Part shown: positions 19,818-30,855 of the stretch, piece by piece
Layout: every line of letters begins with the position of its first letter
Position numbering within the stretch: the first letter of the stretch is position 1
Source of the DNA: Polyangiales bacterium
Lineage (GTDB): Bacteria > Myxococcota_A > Polyangia > Polyangiales > Polyangiaceae
Length of the DNA stretch: 64,000 nucleotides
Reading direction: 5' to 3'
Assembly: GCA_038230375.1 (NCBI GenBank)
Contig: JBBRNJ010000004.1
Span: 64,001 to 128,000 of the forward strand
Translations under genes and position numbers: made by a program
Notes under the pieces: model-generated
Database searches by the model: none
Seen by the model: only the letters and a program-made list of their open reading frames with translations
What the model was told of the DNA's origin: nothing

Positions 19818-20843
19818 TCAACGGGGCGGTGCGCGCTTCTCCAGGAACTCGCGGACGATGCCCCACGTCAGGGTTCGCGCTTCGCGTCCGCACAGGAGAT
19901 CAATGTGGCCGAGCGGCACCGTCCGGTATCGCTTGTCCAGAGAGCCGCTCGCCTTGTAGCCGGGCTCCACGCTCGGTGGCGGCGCCAGGTCGTCGTTCTC
20001 ACCTGCGATCACCAGGAGCGGGACGTCGTGCTTCTCGAACCGCTCCACGAAGTCTCGCGCGGCGCCTCCGAAGCGCTTCGCGTTCGCGAAGTCGAACATG
20101 TTGCGGAGCTCCGCGAGACCCGCGCGATCGAACGCCAGCTTCAGGTGCTGATCCAGCACGTGCGGCTCGAGCGACCCGCGATGCCAGCCGCGCAGCGGAA
20201 AGAGGTACGCGCGGCTGTCAGCCACCGGACGGAACGCGCGCATGAACGCAGACACCGGCCCGAGCGGCAGACGCGGGTTGTGGTGCGGCACCTGCAGCAG
20301 CTCCAGCATCTTGAAGAACTGCGCGATGGCCCGCAGCGAGAACGAGCCGCGCGTGAAGTGGTACGGACTGCCAATGGAGACCACGCCCGACACTGCGCTG
20401 CCCAGCGCGGGCGCCGAGAAGTAGCTCACGAGTCCGCCCAGTGAATGCCCCACCAGGAACACCGGCCCGCCGCCGTTGTGACGACGGACCTCCTCGATCG
20501 CGAGCGGCATGTCCTGCGTGACGTACTCGACGACGCTCGCAGGCCGCTTGGCGCCGAGCGTTCGCGAGCGACCATGACCGCGCAGGTCCAGGTTGTAGAC
20601 GTCGAACCCGGCGTGCGCGAGGTAGTTCGCGAAGCTGCGCGACGGCAAATGGAACGCGTAGCGGTTCTGACCGAAGCCGTGGATCAGCAGCACGGTCCCG
20701 CGCGTCGCGTCCTTCGTGACAGCGAGCCGCTTCCGGACCATCGCGAGCGGCACGGGACCGTCCACGACCACGAGCTCCTTCTGGAAGGTGCCCAGAAAGC
20801 CAGTGTCTATGGTCTGATCGACGATGCTGCGGGAGAGGATCAC
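19818..20843 (-). CDS. Alpha/beta-fold hydrolase
   Basis: HGFGQN, DLRGHG, GHSLGG, D.LAPP, GHIDL. Confidence 0.9.
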   Translation of the reverse strand: MILSRSIVDQTIDTGFLGTFQKELVVVDGPVPLAMVRKRLAVTKDATRGTVLLIHGFGQNRYAFHLPSRSFANYLAHAGFDVYNLDLRGHGRSRTLGAKRPASVVEYVTQDMPLAIEEVRRHNGGGPVFLVGHSLGGLVSYFSAPALGSAVSGVVSIGSPYHFTRGSFSLRAIAQFFKMLELLQVPHHNPRLPLGPVSAFMRAFRPVADSRAYLFPLRGWHRGSLEPHVLDQHLKLAFDRAGLAELRNMFDFANAKRFGGAARDFVERFEKHDVPLLVIAGENDDLAPPPSVEPGYKASGSLDKRYRTVPLGHIDLLCGREARTLTWGIVREFLEKRAPPR

Positions 20844-21031
20844 AAGCGCGGCCCAGAAGGAGACGTTGAGAGACCCGTATCAAGGGCGCTTACTTGCGAC
20901 AGGAAGTACCCTCCCCCCAGTGATTAAGTGTAGCATCGCTGCCGCTACAGCGCGTGATTCCTGGCCTTGATTCGCCGCGCGAACCGTCACATGCGGCGGC
21001 GGCGTCGCTGGTCACATTCGAAAGCATACCC

Positions 21032-22102
21032 ATGCCCCGGGCCTTTGCCTCCGTCCCCGTCGCTCTCGGCTTCTGCGTGCTCACCACGGCGCTGGCGTTT
21101 GCCGTCACTTCGACCAACGCAACGGCTGCTCCCACCGCTGCGGGTGCTGCGTCTGGCAAGCCGGCCGGAAATGGCAAGCCGGCTGGAAGCGGCAAGCCCT
21201 CCGGAAGCGCGAAGCCGGGGACGAGCATCGCACCGAGCGCGACGCCTGCACCTCCGCCGCCGCCGCCGCCGCCGCCGCCGCCCGAGCCCACCGCATCTGC
21301 GGAGCCCGCCGCAACAGTGGTCGCGAAGCCCGAGCCGCCGCCGCCGCCCGCCGAGAGCCCGCACGACCCGACCGAGATCGCGGGCAAGCGTTACTACTAC
21401 CTGGGCCTGCGCTACCGCGGCACCGTCCTCCCGCAGTTCTTGATCAACGCGTTCGTCGATGGCGGCGGAACGATCTACGCGAACAGCCTCGGGCTCGAGC
21501 TCGACATGCACAAGGACAACTTCAGCTTCATCCCCTCGGTCATGTACATGGACTACAACTCCGGTGACATGGTCTTCCTTCAGAAGGGGAAGGACGCGAA
21601 CCTGATCGGCAACTACACCGTCGTGAACAGCAGCCTGAAGACGCTCTACCTCAGCGTCGATCTGCTCTGGGACGTGCCCATCAACAAGAGCATCGAGTTC
21701 GAGTACGGCGTCGGCCTTGGCGCGGGCGTCGTCTTCGGCGACCTGGAGAACACGTGGGTCAAGTACGACCCGAACGGCAGCCTGTCCGACAAGAACAACA
21801 GGAAGATGACCCGCTGCGCGACGGGTGACAACGCGCCCGGCTGCAGCGCTGCTGATCACTCCAACTCGAAGGAGATCAAGACCGGCGTCTACCACGAGAA
21901 ATTCTGGCTCGACGGCGGCTCCGCCCCGAACTTCTTGCCGAACCTCTCGATCCCACAGATCGGCATGCGCTTCCACCCGATCAAGGAGATCGAGGGACGC
22001 GCCGCCATCGGCTGGTCGCCATATGGCTTCTATTTCCAGCTCTCCGCAAACTACGGTCTTCCCATCGGCGCAGACGACAAGGGAACGCCGCCGAAGAAAT
22101 GA
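21032..22102 (+). CDS. Secreted protein with Pro-rich linker and probable beta-stranded (outer-membrane) domain
   Basis: Signal peptide, poly-Pro tract, alternating aromatic strands (FYFQLSANY); ATGA overlap with the next gene. Confidence 0.7.
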   Translation: MPRAFASVPVALGFCVLTTALAFAVTSTNATAAPTAAGAASGKPAGNGKPAGSGKPSGSAKPGTSIAPSATPAPPPPPPPPPPPEPTASAEPAATVVAKPEPPPPPAESPHDPTEIAGKRYYYLGLRYRGTVLPQFLINAFVDGGGTIYANSLGLELDMHKDNFSFIPSVMYMDYNSGDMVFLQKGKDANLIGNYTVVNSSLKTLYLSVDLLWDVPINKSIEFEYGVGLGAGVVFGDLENTWVKYDPNGSLSDKNNRKMTRCATGDNAPGCSAADHSNSKEIKTGVYHEKFWLDGGSAPNFLPNLSIPQIGMRFHPIKEIEGRAAIGWSPYGFYFQLSANYGLPIGADDKGTPPKK

Positions 22103-25100
22103 CGCGCTTCGCGATACCCGACGGGGTGACGAAGGCGAGCGCCCCGGAGCTGCCCCCGCGCTACGAAGCCGTCGCGCGCCTTGGCAAAGGCGGAGGCGGC
22201 GAGGTCTGGCACGTCCGCGATCGCGTGAAGAACCTCACGCTCGCAGTGAAGCTGCTCGCTGAGGACTCGGGTGAGCACGAGGTGATGGCGCTCGTGCGCG
22301 AAGCGACCACGCTGTCCGGTCTCGAAGGGCTGGGCGTGCCGCGCGTGCTCGCGTTCGGCTCGCTGGGTGATGGTCGGCGCTTCATGGTGCGCGAGCTCGT
22401 GCCCGGTCGCAGCTACGAAGATCTACTGGAGGAGCGCGCGACTGATTTTCTCGGGCCGCTCGCGGGCGCGGCCGACACGCTCACAGCGCTTCATCGCGCC
22501 GGCCTCCTTCATGGCGACGTGAAGCCCGCGAACATCGTCGTCGACGCCGAAGGCCGCGCGACGCTCGTGGACCTGGGGCTCTCCGCGCCATGGCGTGAGG
22601 GCGGAACGCGGCCGGAGGGGCTCACGCCGAAGTACGCCGCGCCGGAGCTGTTCGCGGGCGAGCCGCTCACCGTTCGCGCGGAGGTCTACGCGCTGGGCGC
22701 GACGCTGCGTGACGCACTGGATGCGCGCGGCGCGGAGCTTCCGGAGGACATGCTGACCGCGCTGCGCAAGGTAGCGGCGCGCGCGATAGAGGAGCGACCG
22801 GACGCACGATTTCCCAGCGTCGACGAGCTCGGCGCCGCGCTGCGCTCCTCCGCGAACCTGGCGCGCAGCGGCGAGGACGTGCGCCCAGGCTGGCCCGTGC
22901 TCGGGCTGGACTTCGCCTCACACGAGCTGCGCATGCTCACGACCAAGATCAAGGGCGGCGACTCCATCGCGCTCGCCGGCGCACACCGCAGCGGAAGGAG
23001 CACGCTGCTCCGCAGGCTTGCGTGGACGCTCGGCGTTGGCGGCGAGACCGTCTCGCTGGTGGATGCCCCCGAGAACGACGAAGGCGCGAAGGTCCTCACG
23101 GACGAGATCCATCTTGCCGCCACGAAGAACGGCCTGCTCGTCGTGGACGACCTGGAGTCGCTCCCCAACGGAACGCGCAATGCGCTCGCGGAGGCGTCGA
23201 AGGCCGGCGCGAAGATCGTTGCGGCTGCATCCGCCGAGGCGCTCGCGGTGCTCACGCATGGCGCCGTCACCACGCAGACCATGCCCGCGCTGGATGCGTC
23301 CGCTGCGCGCGAGCTGGTGCGACGCGCGAACCCATCCCTGCCCGATGCGATCATCGCGGAGCTCGTGACCCGCGCTGGCGGCAGCCCGGGCATCCTGCGC
23401 GACATGCTTGGAACGCTGGGCACACGCGTCGTCGTCTCCGTGGAGGAGCTGCACGAGATGTTCGCCGCGCAGCACGCGCCGCTGTCGACCGGCAACTCCT
23501 ACGAGGAGGCGAAGAAGGCCCTGGAGCGCGCGCTGGACACGGGCCGCTTCGACGAAGCGCAGAGCCACCTGGACATGGTCCGCGCGCTCCGCCCCGGCCC
23601 CAGCGGCGTGAACCTGGCGGCCACGGAGGCCCGCGACACCGCGCTCGAGATCGCCACCGCCAAGATCGCGCTCGCGCGGGGCGAGGTGGACCGGGCCACG
23701 GAGGCGCTGGCCAGCGTGGCGGAGACCGCGGCAAAAGGCCCCCATTCGCGTGCATATTACACGTTGTTGGCGCGCGTGAAGAACCGCGCGGGTGACTTTG
23801 CCGCGGCTGCGGAGCTCACGAAGGGCGTCATCGATGAGGGCATCGTGGACACCATCCAGGCGGACGCGCTCTCGGTGCGCGGCGTGGCGCTCGCGTACAT
23901 GGGCGACGACGACAAGGCGCATGGGCTGCTGACGGAGGCCGTGGCGGTGGCCTCGACGCTGGGCGACAAACGCGCCGAGGCCGTTGCGCTCGGATCGCTC
24001 GCGATCGCGTTCCAGCGCGCGGGCAAGACCCAGGAGGCAAAGGACGCGTACGAGCGCGCGCTTGCCTGCGCGGAGGCGGCGAAGGACGCGTGGACAGTGT
24101 CCACCACGCGGCTCAACCTTGCTGTGCTCGCGCAGGCCGCTGGCGATCTGGGTCAGGCGCTGGTGCACCTTGAGGCGGCCGTGGACATGGGCCGCCGAGC
24201 AGGCGCGAAGATGGCCGTGCAGCGCGCGCTCTTCAACCTTGCAAACCTTGACCTGTACCTGGGTCGGTACGCACGCGCGGAGGCCAGCATCCGGTCGCTC
24301 TCCGAGGATCGCGCTGCGCTGGACAAGAGCGCGCGCGGACAGCTGCTGGGGCTGGAGGCAGACCTCCACTTCCGCCAGGGTGACTTCGAGAGAAGCGCCA
24401 CACTCTTCGCGCTGTGCGCAGAGATGTACGAGCTCGTGGGCCGGCCGCTCGACGCAGCAGAGGGGCGGCTCGAGAGCCTGCTCGCGAAGCTGCGTGGCAA
24501 GTCGCCGGACGCGGGAGAGCTGGCGCGCGAATACGACGCCCTCTCCAAGACGCTCGCGGGCAGCTTCGGTGAGCACGAAGGCTTCGCCATGCTCGTGCGC
24601 GGCAAGATCGACGTGCTCTCCGGCGACGAGACCCGCGCAAAGGACTGCTTCGACGCGTCGCTGGCCGCGGCGCGAAAGGCAGGCAAGCGGGAGCTCGAAT
24701 GGCGCACGCTCGACTCCCGCGGAAGGCTGTTCACGTCGCAGGGTGCGTTCTCGCTCGCGCGCAAGGACACGGAGGACGCCCTGGGTATCCTCGAGGAGAC
24801 CGCGCGAAGGCTTCCGCGCGATCTGCGTGAGGTGTTCTGGAACGACCCGTGGCGGCACGCGCTCCGGGCCTCGCTCGCCGTGACGTCACCGTCGTCGCCG
24901 CCAGGCGCGCTGCACGCCCACGGCGTGGGCCACGCGACGCTTGCGAGCCAGAGCGCGCTCACTGGGTCCATCTCGCAGTTCTCGCGCACGGGGACCACGA
25001 TCGCCATCGCGCCATCGAGCGAGGATCGCCTGGCGCGCATCCTGGAGCTCACGCGCGAGCTCGCACGCGAGCACGACATGTCGCGCCTCCTGCAGAAGGT

Positions 25101-26631
25101 CACGGATCACGCCGTCGCGCTTGCCTCCGCCGAGCGCGGCCTGGTCCTGCTGGTGAACGAACAGGGCGAGCTCGCCGCCGTTGCCACGCGCGCGCCCAAG
25201 GGCGAGGACGAGCACGCACGCTTCTCGCGCTCCGTCGCCGAGGAGGTCGTGCGCACCGGCGAGCCCGTGGTGGTCACCCGCGCCAAGGACGACGAGCGCG
25301 TCGCCAAGGCCGTCAGCGTGCACCAGCTCATGATCCAGTCCATTGCCTGCGTGCCGATCCGCGGCGCTCCGCCGGTGGGCCGTCCCATTGGCGCGCTCTA
25401 CCTGGAGACGCGCCTGCGCGAAGCGGGCCGCTTCAAGGACGAGCTGCCCACGCTCATGGCCTTCGCGGATCAAGCCGCCATCGCGATCGAAAACGCACGC
25501 TTGCTCGAGGAGAACAAGCAACGCGAAGAGGAGCTCGCGAGCGCGAACGCGGAGCTCCTCACTGCGCAGGAGCGGCTCGAGGAGCTCCTTGGCAGGCGCA
25601 CCGAGCAGCTCGCTGCCACACGGCGCGATCTGAAGGAGACCCGCGCCGCGCTGCGCAGCCACTTCGGATACGCAGGCCTCGTGGGCACCAGCGCGTCCAT
25701 GCGTAAGCTCTACGCGATCCTCGAGCGCATCAAGGACACCGACGTTCCCGTGCTCATCATTGGCGAGAGCGGCACCGGCAAGGAGGTGGTCGCAAAGGCC
25801 ATCCACTCCCAGTCACTGCGCGCGAAGGCCGCATTCGTGGGCGTCAACTGCGGAGCCATCCCCGAGAACCTGCTGGAGAGCGAGCTCTTCGGCCACGCAC
25901 GCGGCGCGTTCACCGGCGCCGACCGCGAACGAAAAGGCCTGTTTCGCGAGGCCGCGGGCGGCTCCCTCCTCCTGGACGAGATCGGCGAGCTCCCGATCAA
26001 GATGCAGGCTGCACTCTTGCGCGTGCTGCAAGAGCGCAAGGTCCGGCCCGTGGGCGAGGCCATGGAGATCGCGGTGGACACGCGCATCATCGCCGCGACC
26101 AACCGTGATCTGTCCGCGATGGTGGAGGCCGGAACGTTCCGCGAAGACCTCTGGTACCGCCTGCAGGTGATCGAGATCAACGTGCCGCCTCTGCGCGACC
26201 GCAAGGACGACATCCTCCCGCTCACCGATCACTTCCTCACGATCTTCGCGTCGCGTTACCGCCGCGACAAGAAGAACGTGGAGCGTGAGGCGCGCAAACG
26301 CCTCCTGGACTACGAATGGCCGGGCAACGTGCGCCAGCTGGAGCACGTGCTCTTGAATGCGTGGCTCATGAGCGAGGCCGACGAGATCGTCCTCGAGGAC
26401 TTCACCATCCCGGAGTCGGACAGCCGTCCCCTCAGCTCACGCAACAGCACGGCACCGAGCCGCCCCACCAGCGTGACGGTGCGGAGCGCGGGTGAGCACC
26501 GCGAGGCGGAGAAGGATCGGATCCTCGCCGCCCTCGCGGAGACCAACTGGAACCGCGTGAAGGCCGCGGAGGTCGTGGGCATGCCGCGGCGGACCTTCTA
26601 CCGACGCCTGAAGGAATACGGCATTCTCTGA
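22099..26631 (+). CDS. Ser/Thr kinase-TPR-GAF-sigma54 enhancer-binding protein (Fis HTH)
   Basis: GKGGGG, HGDVKPAN, APE; TPR-like helices; GAF (SIACVPI, QAAIAIENARL); GESGTGKE, GAFTGA, LDEIGE, WPGNVRQL; C-terminal HTH. Confidence 0.93.
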   Translation: MTRFAIPDGVTKASAPELPPRYEAVARLGKGGGGEVWHVRDRVKNLTLAVKLLAEDSGEHEVMALVREATTLSGLEGLGVPRVLAFGSLGDGRRFMVRELVPGRSYEDLLEERATDFLGPLAGAADTLTALHRAGLLHGDVKPANIVVDAEGRATLVDLGLSAPWREGGTRPEGLTPKYAAPELFAGEPLTVRAEVYALGATLRDALDARGAELPEDMLTALRKVAARAIEERPDARFPSVDELGAALRSSANLARSGEDVRPGWPVLGLDFASHELRMLTTKIKGGDSIALAGAHRSGRSTLLRRLAWTLGVGGETVSLVDAPENDEGAKVLTDEIHLAATKNGLLVVDDLESLPNGTRNALAEASKAGAKIVAAASAEALAVLTHGAVTTQTMPALDASAARELVRRANPSLPDAIIAELVTRAGGSPGILRDMLGTLGTRVVVSVEELHEMFAAQHAPLSTGNSYEEAKKALERALDTGRFDEAQSHLDMVRALRPGPSGVNLAATEARDTALEIATAKIALARGEVDRATEALASVAETAAKGPHSRAYYTLLARVKNRAGDFAAAAELTKGVIDEGIVDTIQADALSVRGVALAYMGDDDKAHGLLTEAVAVASTLGDKRAEAVALGSLAIAFQRAGKTQEAKDAYERALACAEAAKDAWTVSTTRLNLAVLAQAAGDLGQALVHLEAAVDMGRRAGAKMAVQRALFNLANLDLYLGRYARAEASIRSLSEDRAALDKSARGQLLGLEADLHFRQGDFERSATLFALCAEMYELVGRPLDAAEGRLESLLAKLRGKSPDAGELAREYDALSKTLAGSFGEHEGFAMLVRGKIDVLSGDETRAKDCFDASLAAARKAGKRELEWRTLDSRGRLFTSQGAFSLARKDTEDALGILEETARRLPRDLREVFWNDPWRHALRASLAVTSPSSPPGALHAHGVGHATLASQSALTGSISQFSRTGTTIAIAPSSEDRLARILELTRELAREHDMSRLLQKVTDHAVALASAERGLVLLVNEQGELAAVATRAPKGEDEHARFSRSVAEEVVRTGEPVVVTRAKDDERVAKAVSVHQLMIQSIACVPIRGAPPVGRPIGALYLETRLREAGRFKDELPTLMAFADQAAIAIENARLLEENKQREEELASANAELLTAQERLEELLGRRTEQLAATRRDLKETRAALRSHFGYAGLVGTSASMRKLYAILERIKDTDVPVLIIGESGTGKEVVAKAIHSQSLRAKAAFVGVNCGAIPENLLESELFGHARGAFTGADRERKGLFREAAGGSLLLDEIGELPIKMQAALLRVLQERKVRPVGEAMEIAVDTRIIAATNRDLSAMVEAGTFREDLWYRLQVIEINVPPLRDRKDDILPLTDHFLTIFASRYRRDKKNVEREARKRLLDYEWPGNVRQLEHVLLNAWLMSEADEIVLEDFTIPESDSRPLSSRNSTAPSRPTSVTVRSAGEHREAEKDRILAALAETNWNRVKAAEVVGMPRRTFYRRLKEYGIL

Positions 26632-26662
26632 GACTGCCTGTGCGCCTTCGTGGCGCCTGCGC

Positions 26663-27268
<606 letters not shown>

Positions 27269-27309
27269 GATGAAGACCTCCGCGCCTGACCGGCGATGGG
27301 AGGAGCAGT

Positions 27310-27325
27310 CGCACGCAACGTGCCG
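27310..27325 (-). promoter_or_regulatory. Putative sigma54 promoter
   Basis: Minus strand cGGCACGTTGCGTGCg (GG-N10-GC), about 42 nt upstream of ATG 27268. Confidence 0.65.
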
Positions 27326-27432
27326 CGCGAGGATGGCCCGGAACCAGTTGTTTTCTCGTGGGGCAGATGCCAAGCGTGACGCGGTTGTCCCCCGTGGGAT
27401 CGTGCTGGCGCGACGTCGGTGACGCGTCGGAC

Positions 27433-27510
27433 TTCGACTTCGACTTCGACTTCGACATCGGCGTCGACTTCGACTTCGACTTCGACTCCGACCTCGACTT
27501 CGACCTCGAC
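27433..27510. repeat. Hexamer array, 13 units (mostly TTCGAC)
   Basis: In-phase TTCGAC/CTCGAC/GTCGAC units between two divergent sigma54-like promoters. Confidence 0.95.
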
Positions 27511-27604
27511 ATGGATCGGTCGGTCTCCAGCTTGGTACGTCCATTGAGCTCAGTTGGCTTCATGGATGGCCCAGTAAACCTTTGATATCGTTTAGGCCTA
27601 CATG

Positions 27605-27620
27605 TGGCACTGGGTATGCA
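27605..27620 (+). promoter_or_regulatory. Putative sigma54 promoter
   Basis: TGGCACTGGGTATGCA, near-consensus -24/-12, 12 nt before ATG 27633. Confidence 0.75.
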
Positions 27621-27632
27621 TGGTCTGAGTTC

Positions 27633-28886
27633 ATGCCCTCCCATCGCTCGGTTCGTCGCTCCCTCCTCGCGTGCTCTGCATCCATCGCCGCGCTCGTCAT
27701 GGGATGCAGCAGCGGCGCCTCTGATGGATTGGACTCGAACGCGCAGAGCGTGACCGACATCCCGCAGACACAGGTGAAGGATCAATCTATCGGCAACTGC
27801 TGGACGTACGCGACCACCGGCTGGGTAGAGTCGCTCGCGAAGATCTCGTCGAAGAAGGACATGAACCTCTCCGAGTCGTACGTCAGCTACTGGTACTGGT
27901 ACCAGCAGGTCACCGACCCGAGCTTCACCGCCAACAGCATCGCGGAAGGCGGCTCATGGGGTGTCGCCGTCGAGCTGATTCGCAAGTGGGGCATGATGGA
28001 CGAAGGCGCGTTCATCCCGGAGGAAGCAGACGCGATCCTCTCGAACCGCCAGGCCTCCGCGGTGAAGGCCATGAATGAGTCGCTCACGAACGGCGCGCTG
28101 AAGGCGCCCGAGTCGCGCACGAACAAGGCGCTCGTCCGCACGGAGTTGAACAAGGCGTGGGGTCTGTCGGACTCCGTCGTCGCCAATCTCGACAAGACCT
28201 TCGGTGCGGACGGCGGCAAGACGCTGGACGTGGGCACCGTCCCCGACGGCGTTCCGATCTACTCCGCGAAGACCCTCCCCGCAAAGCTCCAGAACCCGAC
28301 CACGAAGGCGCTCGAGGATCACACGCTGGCGGACGCCATTGGCACGCCGCGCTACGAGTGGAACCCCGACTATCGCATCGGCACGTACGCGTGGGGCGTG
28401 ACGCAGTACCCGACGTCCGCGACCGACCGCCGCAACTTCCAGAAGCGCGTGCAGCGCGCGCTCCACGACAATCAGCCCGTCGTCGTCAGCTGGTACGTGG
28501 ACTTCAACGCGCTCAACGCGCAAGGCCAGTTCGCAAAGCCCCCCGCGAAGCCCGGCTCGCAGGGCGGCCACATGACGATCATCATGGATTACCAGGTGAA
28601 CAACGTCCCCGGCTTCGGCACGCTGCCCGCTGGCGTGCTGGAGACGCGCCCCGAGGCACTGGCCGCCGCGCTCGACGACGCGGCCACGATCGAGTTCTTC
28701 CGCATCAAGAACTCGTGGGGCAACTACCACTCCGTGCCGAGCACCATCGGCTACCACGACCTCTACATGGAATACATGAACGGCCCGATCTCGGAGTGCG
28801 AGACCGACGCGGAAGAGAAGCCCATCCTGGACAAGTGCCACCCCGGCGTTCCGCTCGGGGACGTCGTGCTGCCCGCCGGTTACTGA
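27633..28886 (+). CDS. Papain-like (C1) cysteine peptidase lipoprotein
   Basis: Lipobox LVMGC; VKDQSIGNCW (Gln/Cys), GGHM (His), IKNSWG (Asn). Confidence 0.88.
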   Translation: MPSHRSVRRSLLACSASIAALVMGCSSGASDGLDSNAQSVTDIPQTQVKDQSIGNCWTYATTGWVESLAKISSKKDMNLSESYVSYWYWYQQVTDPSFTANSIAEGGSWGVAVELIRKWGMMDEGAFIPEEADAILSNRQASAVKAMNESLTNGALKAPESRTNKALVRTELNKAWGLSDSVVANLDKTFGADGGKTLDVGTVPDGVPIYSAKTLPAKLQNPTTKALEDHTLADAIGTPRYEWNPDYRIGTYAWGVTQYPTSATDRRNFQKRVQRALHDNQPVVVSWYVDFNALNAQGQFAKPPAKPGSQGGHMTIIMDYQVNNVPGFGTLPAGVLETRPEALAAALDDAATIEFFRIKNSWGNYHSVPSTIGYHDLYMEYMNGPISECETDAEEKPILDKCHPGVPLGDVVLPAGY

Positions 28887-28893
28887 GTCGCCA

Positions 28894-29778
28894 TCACCGA
28901 GCCGTTATGGCGACGTTGTCGAGGTGCACGGCGCTCGCCTGCACGTTGCCGCCGCTGTAGTAGCCGGCGCCAACGTCCACTGTGGTCACCCCTGGCTGTC
29001 CGCTCGGATCCATTGGACGGTTCAGGCCGGCGTTTGCGTAGCTGACGATGACCTTGCGATTCTGAAGGTCCACGAGGATGTCGGCATCGGCCCAGCCCTG
29101 CCCTGGGAGCACGCCAGCGCCGATCGAGTACTCGGGATAGCTCTGCGCTCCGCCATCGACGATGATCTGCTCCTGAACGGTCGCGCCCGACGCGCGCTGA
29201 TAGAGCGTGACGCCGTAGGACCCGTTGACCTGCGTCATCGCGATCTGACCGAGCAAGAGTCCCGCGGCGGGGTCCATCGTCTCGACCTTGACCTTGAACG
29301 TCAGGTGAACCGATGTCTGAGGCGTCGTCGCGAGCTGATAGACCAGAAGGCTCAGAAGGCCGCTGCCAACTCCCGCGTCTGTCGAGAGCAGCGCCGAGCC
29401 TGGCGCTGACACGAACAGCCCCGTATCGATCTTCTGGCTGCCGGAGCTCATCGTTGGGTTGATCACGGTCTTCGTGAAGCCACTTCCGACATCCAGGCCT
29501 TCGTCGAAGTCGGCGCAGAACGTTGGTTTCACCGCCAGAGACGCGCAGTAGGACAGGCCAGCACCGCCATCTGCAGCCGTGGATCCATCGCCAGCTGACG
29601 CACCAGCGTCCAACGCAGTGGAATCGAGATCGCTGCCGTCGGTGACGCCAGCGTCGAGCCCCACGCCCGTGGGTCCGCCAACGTAGCCGTCGAACGACTC
29701 CACAAGGCCGCACGCGCAGAGGGATGCGGAACCGGCCAGCACAGCCCAAGGTCGCACGCGCTTCTTGCGAGGTGCCAT
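28894..29778 (-). CDS. Hypothetical lipoprotein (beta-sandwich-like C-terminal domain)
   Basis: LCAC lipobox-like motif, DAG linker, FCADFDEG, HLDNV. Confidence 0.7.
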   Translation of the reverse strand: MAPRKKRVRPWAVLAGSASLCACGLVESFDGYVGGPTGVGLDAGVTDGSDLDSTALDAGASAGDGSTAADGGAGLSYCASLAVKPTFCADFDEGLDVGSGFTKTVINPTMSSGSQKIDTGLFVSAPGSALLSTDAGVGSGLLSLLVYQLATTPQTSVHLTFKVKVETMDPAAGLLLGQIAMTQVNGSYGVTLYQRASGATVQEQIIVDGGAQSYPEYSIGAGVLPGQGWADADILVDLQNRKVIVSYANAGLNRPMDPSGQPGVTTVDVGAGYYSGGNVQASAVHLDNVAITAR

Positions 29779-29804
29779 TGTCAAGACGGGGCGGTTGCGC
29801 ACAA

Positions 29805-30167
29805 CTACTGCTTGTAGGCCTTCTCGATGCCGTCCGCGTCTGCGCCCACGAACCAGCTGATCTCGTCCTCGCTCTTTGCGACGCTCGAGAGGGGAACGAC
29901 GCTCTTGCCGGTGGCGCGCTTGGCAACGTCATAGGCGCGCGGATTCTGGTCCACGTCCACGAGGGCGAACGGGATGCTGCGCTCGCGGAGGTCCTTCTCG
30001 AGCGACTTGCACGCCGAGCACCACGACGCACCGAACACCGTCACGGTGGGCTCACTGCCGAGCGAACGCAAAGCCACCGCGTCGTCCGCTCTTGCGATGG
30101 GTTCGCTGCCACTCACACCTAGGAAGGCCACAGCCATGACAGCGACCAGCACGAACGAACGAGCCAT
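29805..30167 (-). CDS. Exported glutaredoxin-like protein
   Basis: Signal peptide; ASWCSAC, VDVD, SVVP (cis-Pro loop). Confidence 0.8.
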   Translation of the reverse strand: MARSFVLVAVMAVAFLGVSGSEPIARADDAVALRSLGSEPTVTVFGASWCSACKSLEKDLRERSIPFALVDVDQNPRAYDVAKRATGKSVVPLSSVAKSEDEISWFVGADADGIEKAYKQ

Positions 30168-30317
30168 GCCTTCAGCATAGCACCCACGCAGAGTGGTGCC
30201 GCGACTCCACGGCACCGCGTCATGGCCGACGCGGTGAAGGTGGAGAAATGGGCGTACGCGAACCACTGACGACGCGGCACGCACAACGAAGTAGCTTGTT
30301 TTTAGCCAATTCCGTGC

Positions 30318-30333
30318 AGGCACACCTCCTGCT
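30318..30333 (+). promoter_or_regulatory. Putative sigma54 promoter
   Basis: aGGCACACCTCCTGCt (GG-N10-GC), upstream of RBS AGGAGG and ATG 30364. Confidence 0.65.
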
Positions 30334-30363
30334 CCAGAAAGCCCGTCCCCAAGGAGGTCCTTC

Positions 30364-30846
30364 ATGTTCGTTCGTACGCTTGCTTCGATCGCGTTCGTCA
30401 CTGGCTTCATGGTCCTGGCCATCCCCACGCAGGGCTGTGCGTCCTCTGCAAGCGAGGTATGCAACGGCTCCGGGCAGTGCGTCTGCAAGGGCAACTGCTC
30501 CAAGAGCTGCGACAGCGCAGACGGCTCGGGCTGTAGCTTCGTCTGCGAGGCGGGGGCCACCTGCTCCTTCACGTGCAAGGGCGGCAACTGTCAGGCGAGC
30601 GGCGACGGCAGCATCGCGATCGACTGCCCCAAGGGAGGATGCAGGACGTCGTGCTCGGGCCCGTCATGCAAGGTGACCTCGTGCACACAGAACTGCACGA
30701 CCGCATGCGGCAACGCCACGGTGTGCTCCTCCAGCTGCACGGACACGAACGCAGGCTGCGTCACCAGCGGCACAGCCGCGGGCAGCGGCACGGACACCGA
30801 CGCAGGAGGCGGCGGCACCGTGCCGGACGTGGACGCAGGTTTCTGA
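30364..30846 (+). CDS. Cys-rich repeat secreted/lipoprotein, paralogue of 26663-27268
   Basis: AGGAGG RBS; signal ending TQGC; CSFVCEAGATCSFTCKGGNC repeats. Confidence 0.8.
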   Translation: MFVRTLASIAFVTGFMVLAIPTQGCASSASEVCNGSGQCVCKGNCSKSCDSADGSGCSFVCEAGATCSFTCKGGNCQASGDGSIAIDCPKGGCRTSCSGPSCKVTSCTQNCTTACGNATVCSSSCTDTNAGCVTSGTAAGSGTDTDAGGGGTVPDVDAGF

Positions 30847-30855
30847 GCACGTACG

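Noticed and set aside
21254..21281. (CCG)n tract, and the similar tract near 26985-27030
   Set aside because: Ordinary in-frame poly-Pro and poly-Gly linkers
27633..28886. C1 peptidase as target or resistance gene of the NRPS aldehyde
   Set aside because: About 6 kb away with unrelated genes between and its own promoter; no sequence evidence of linkage
29805..30587. 260-aa version of the glutaredoxin ORF
   Set aside because: The upstream part is antisense to the Cys-rich gene at 30364; the signal peptide begins at ATG 30167
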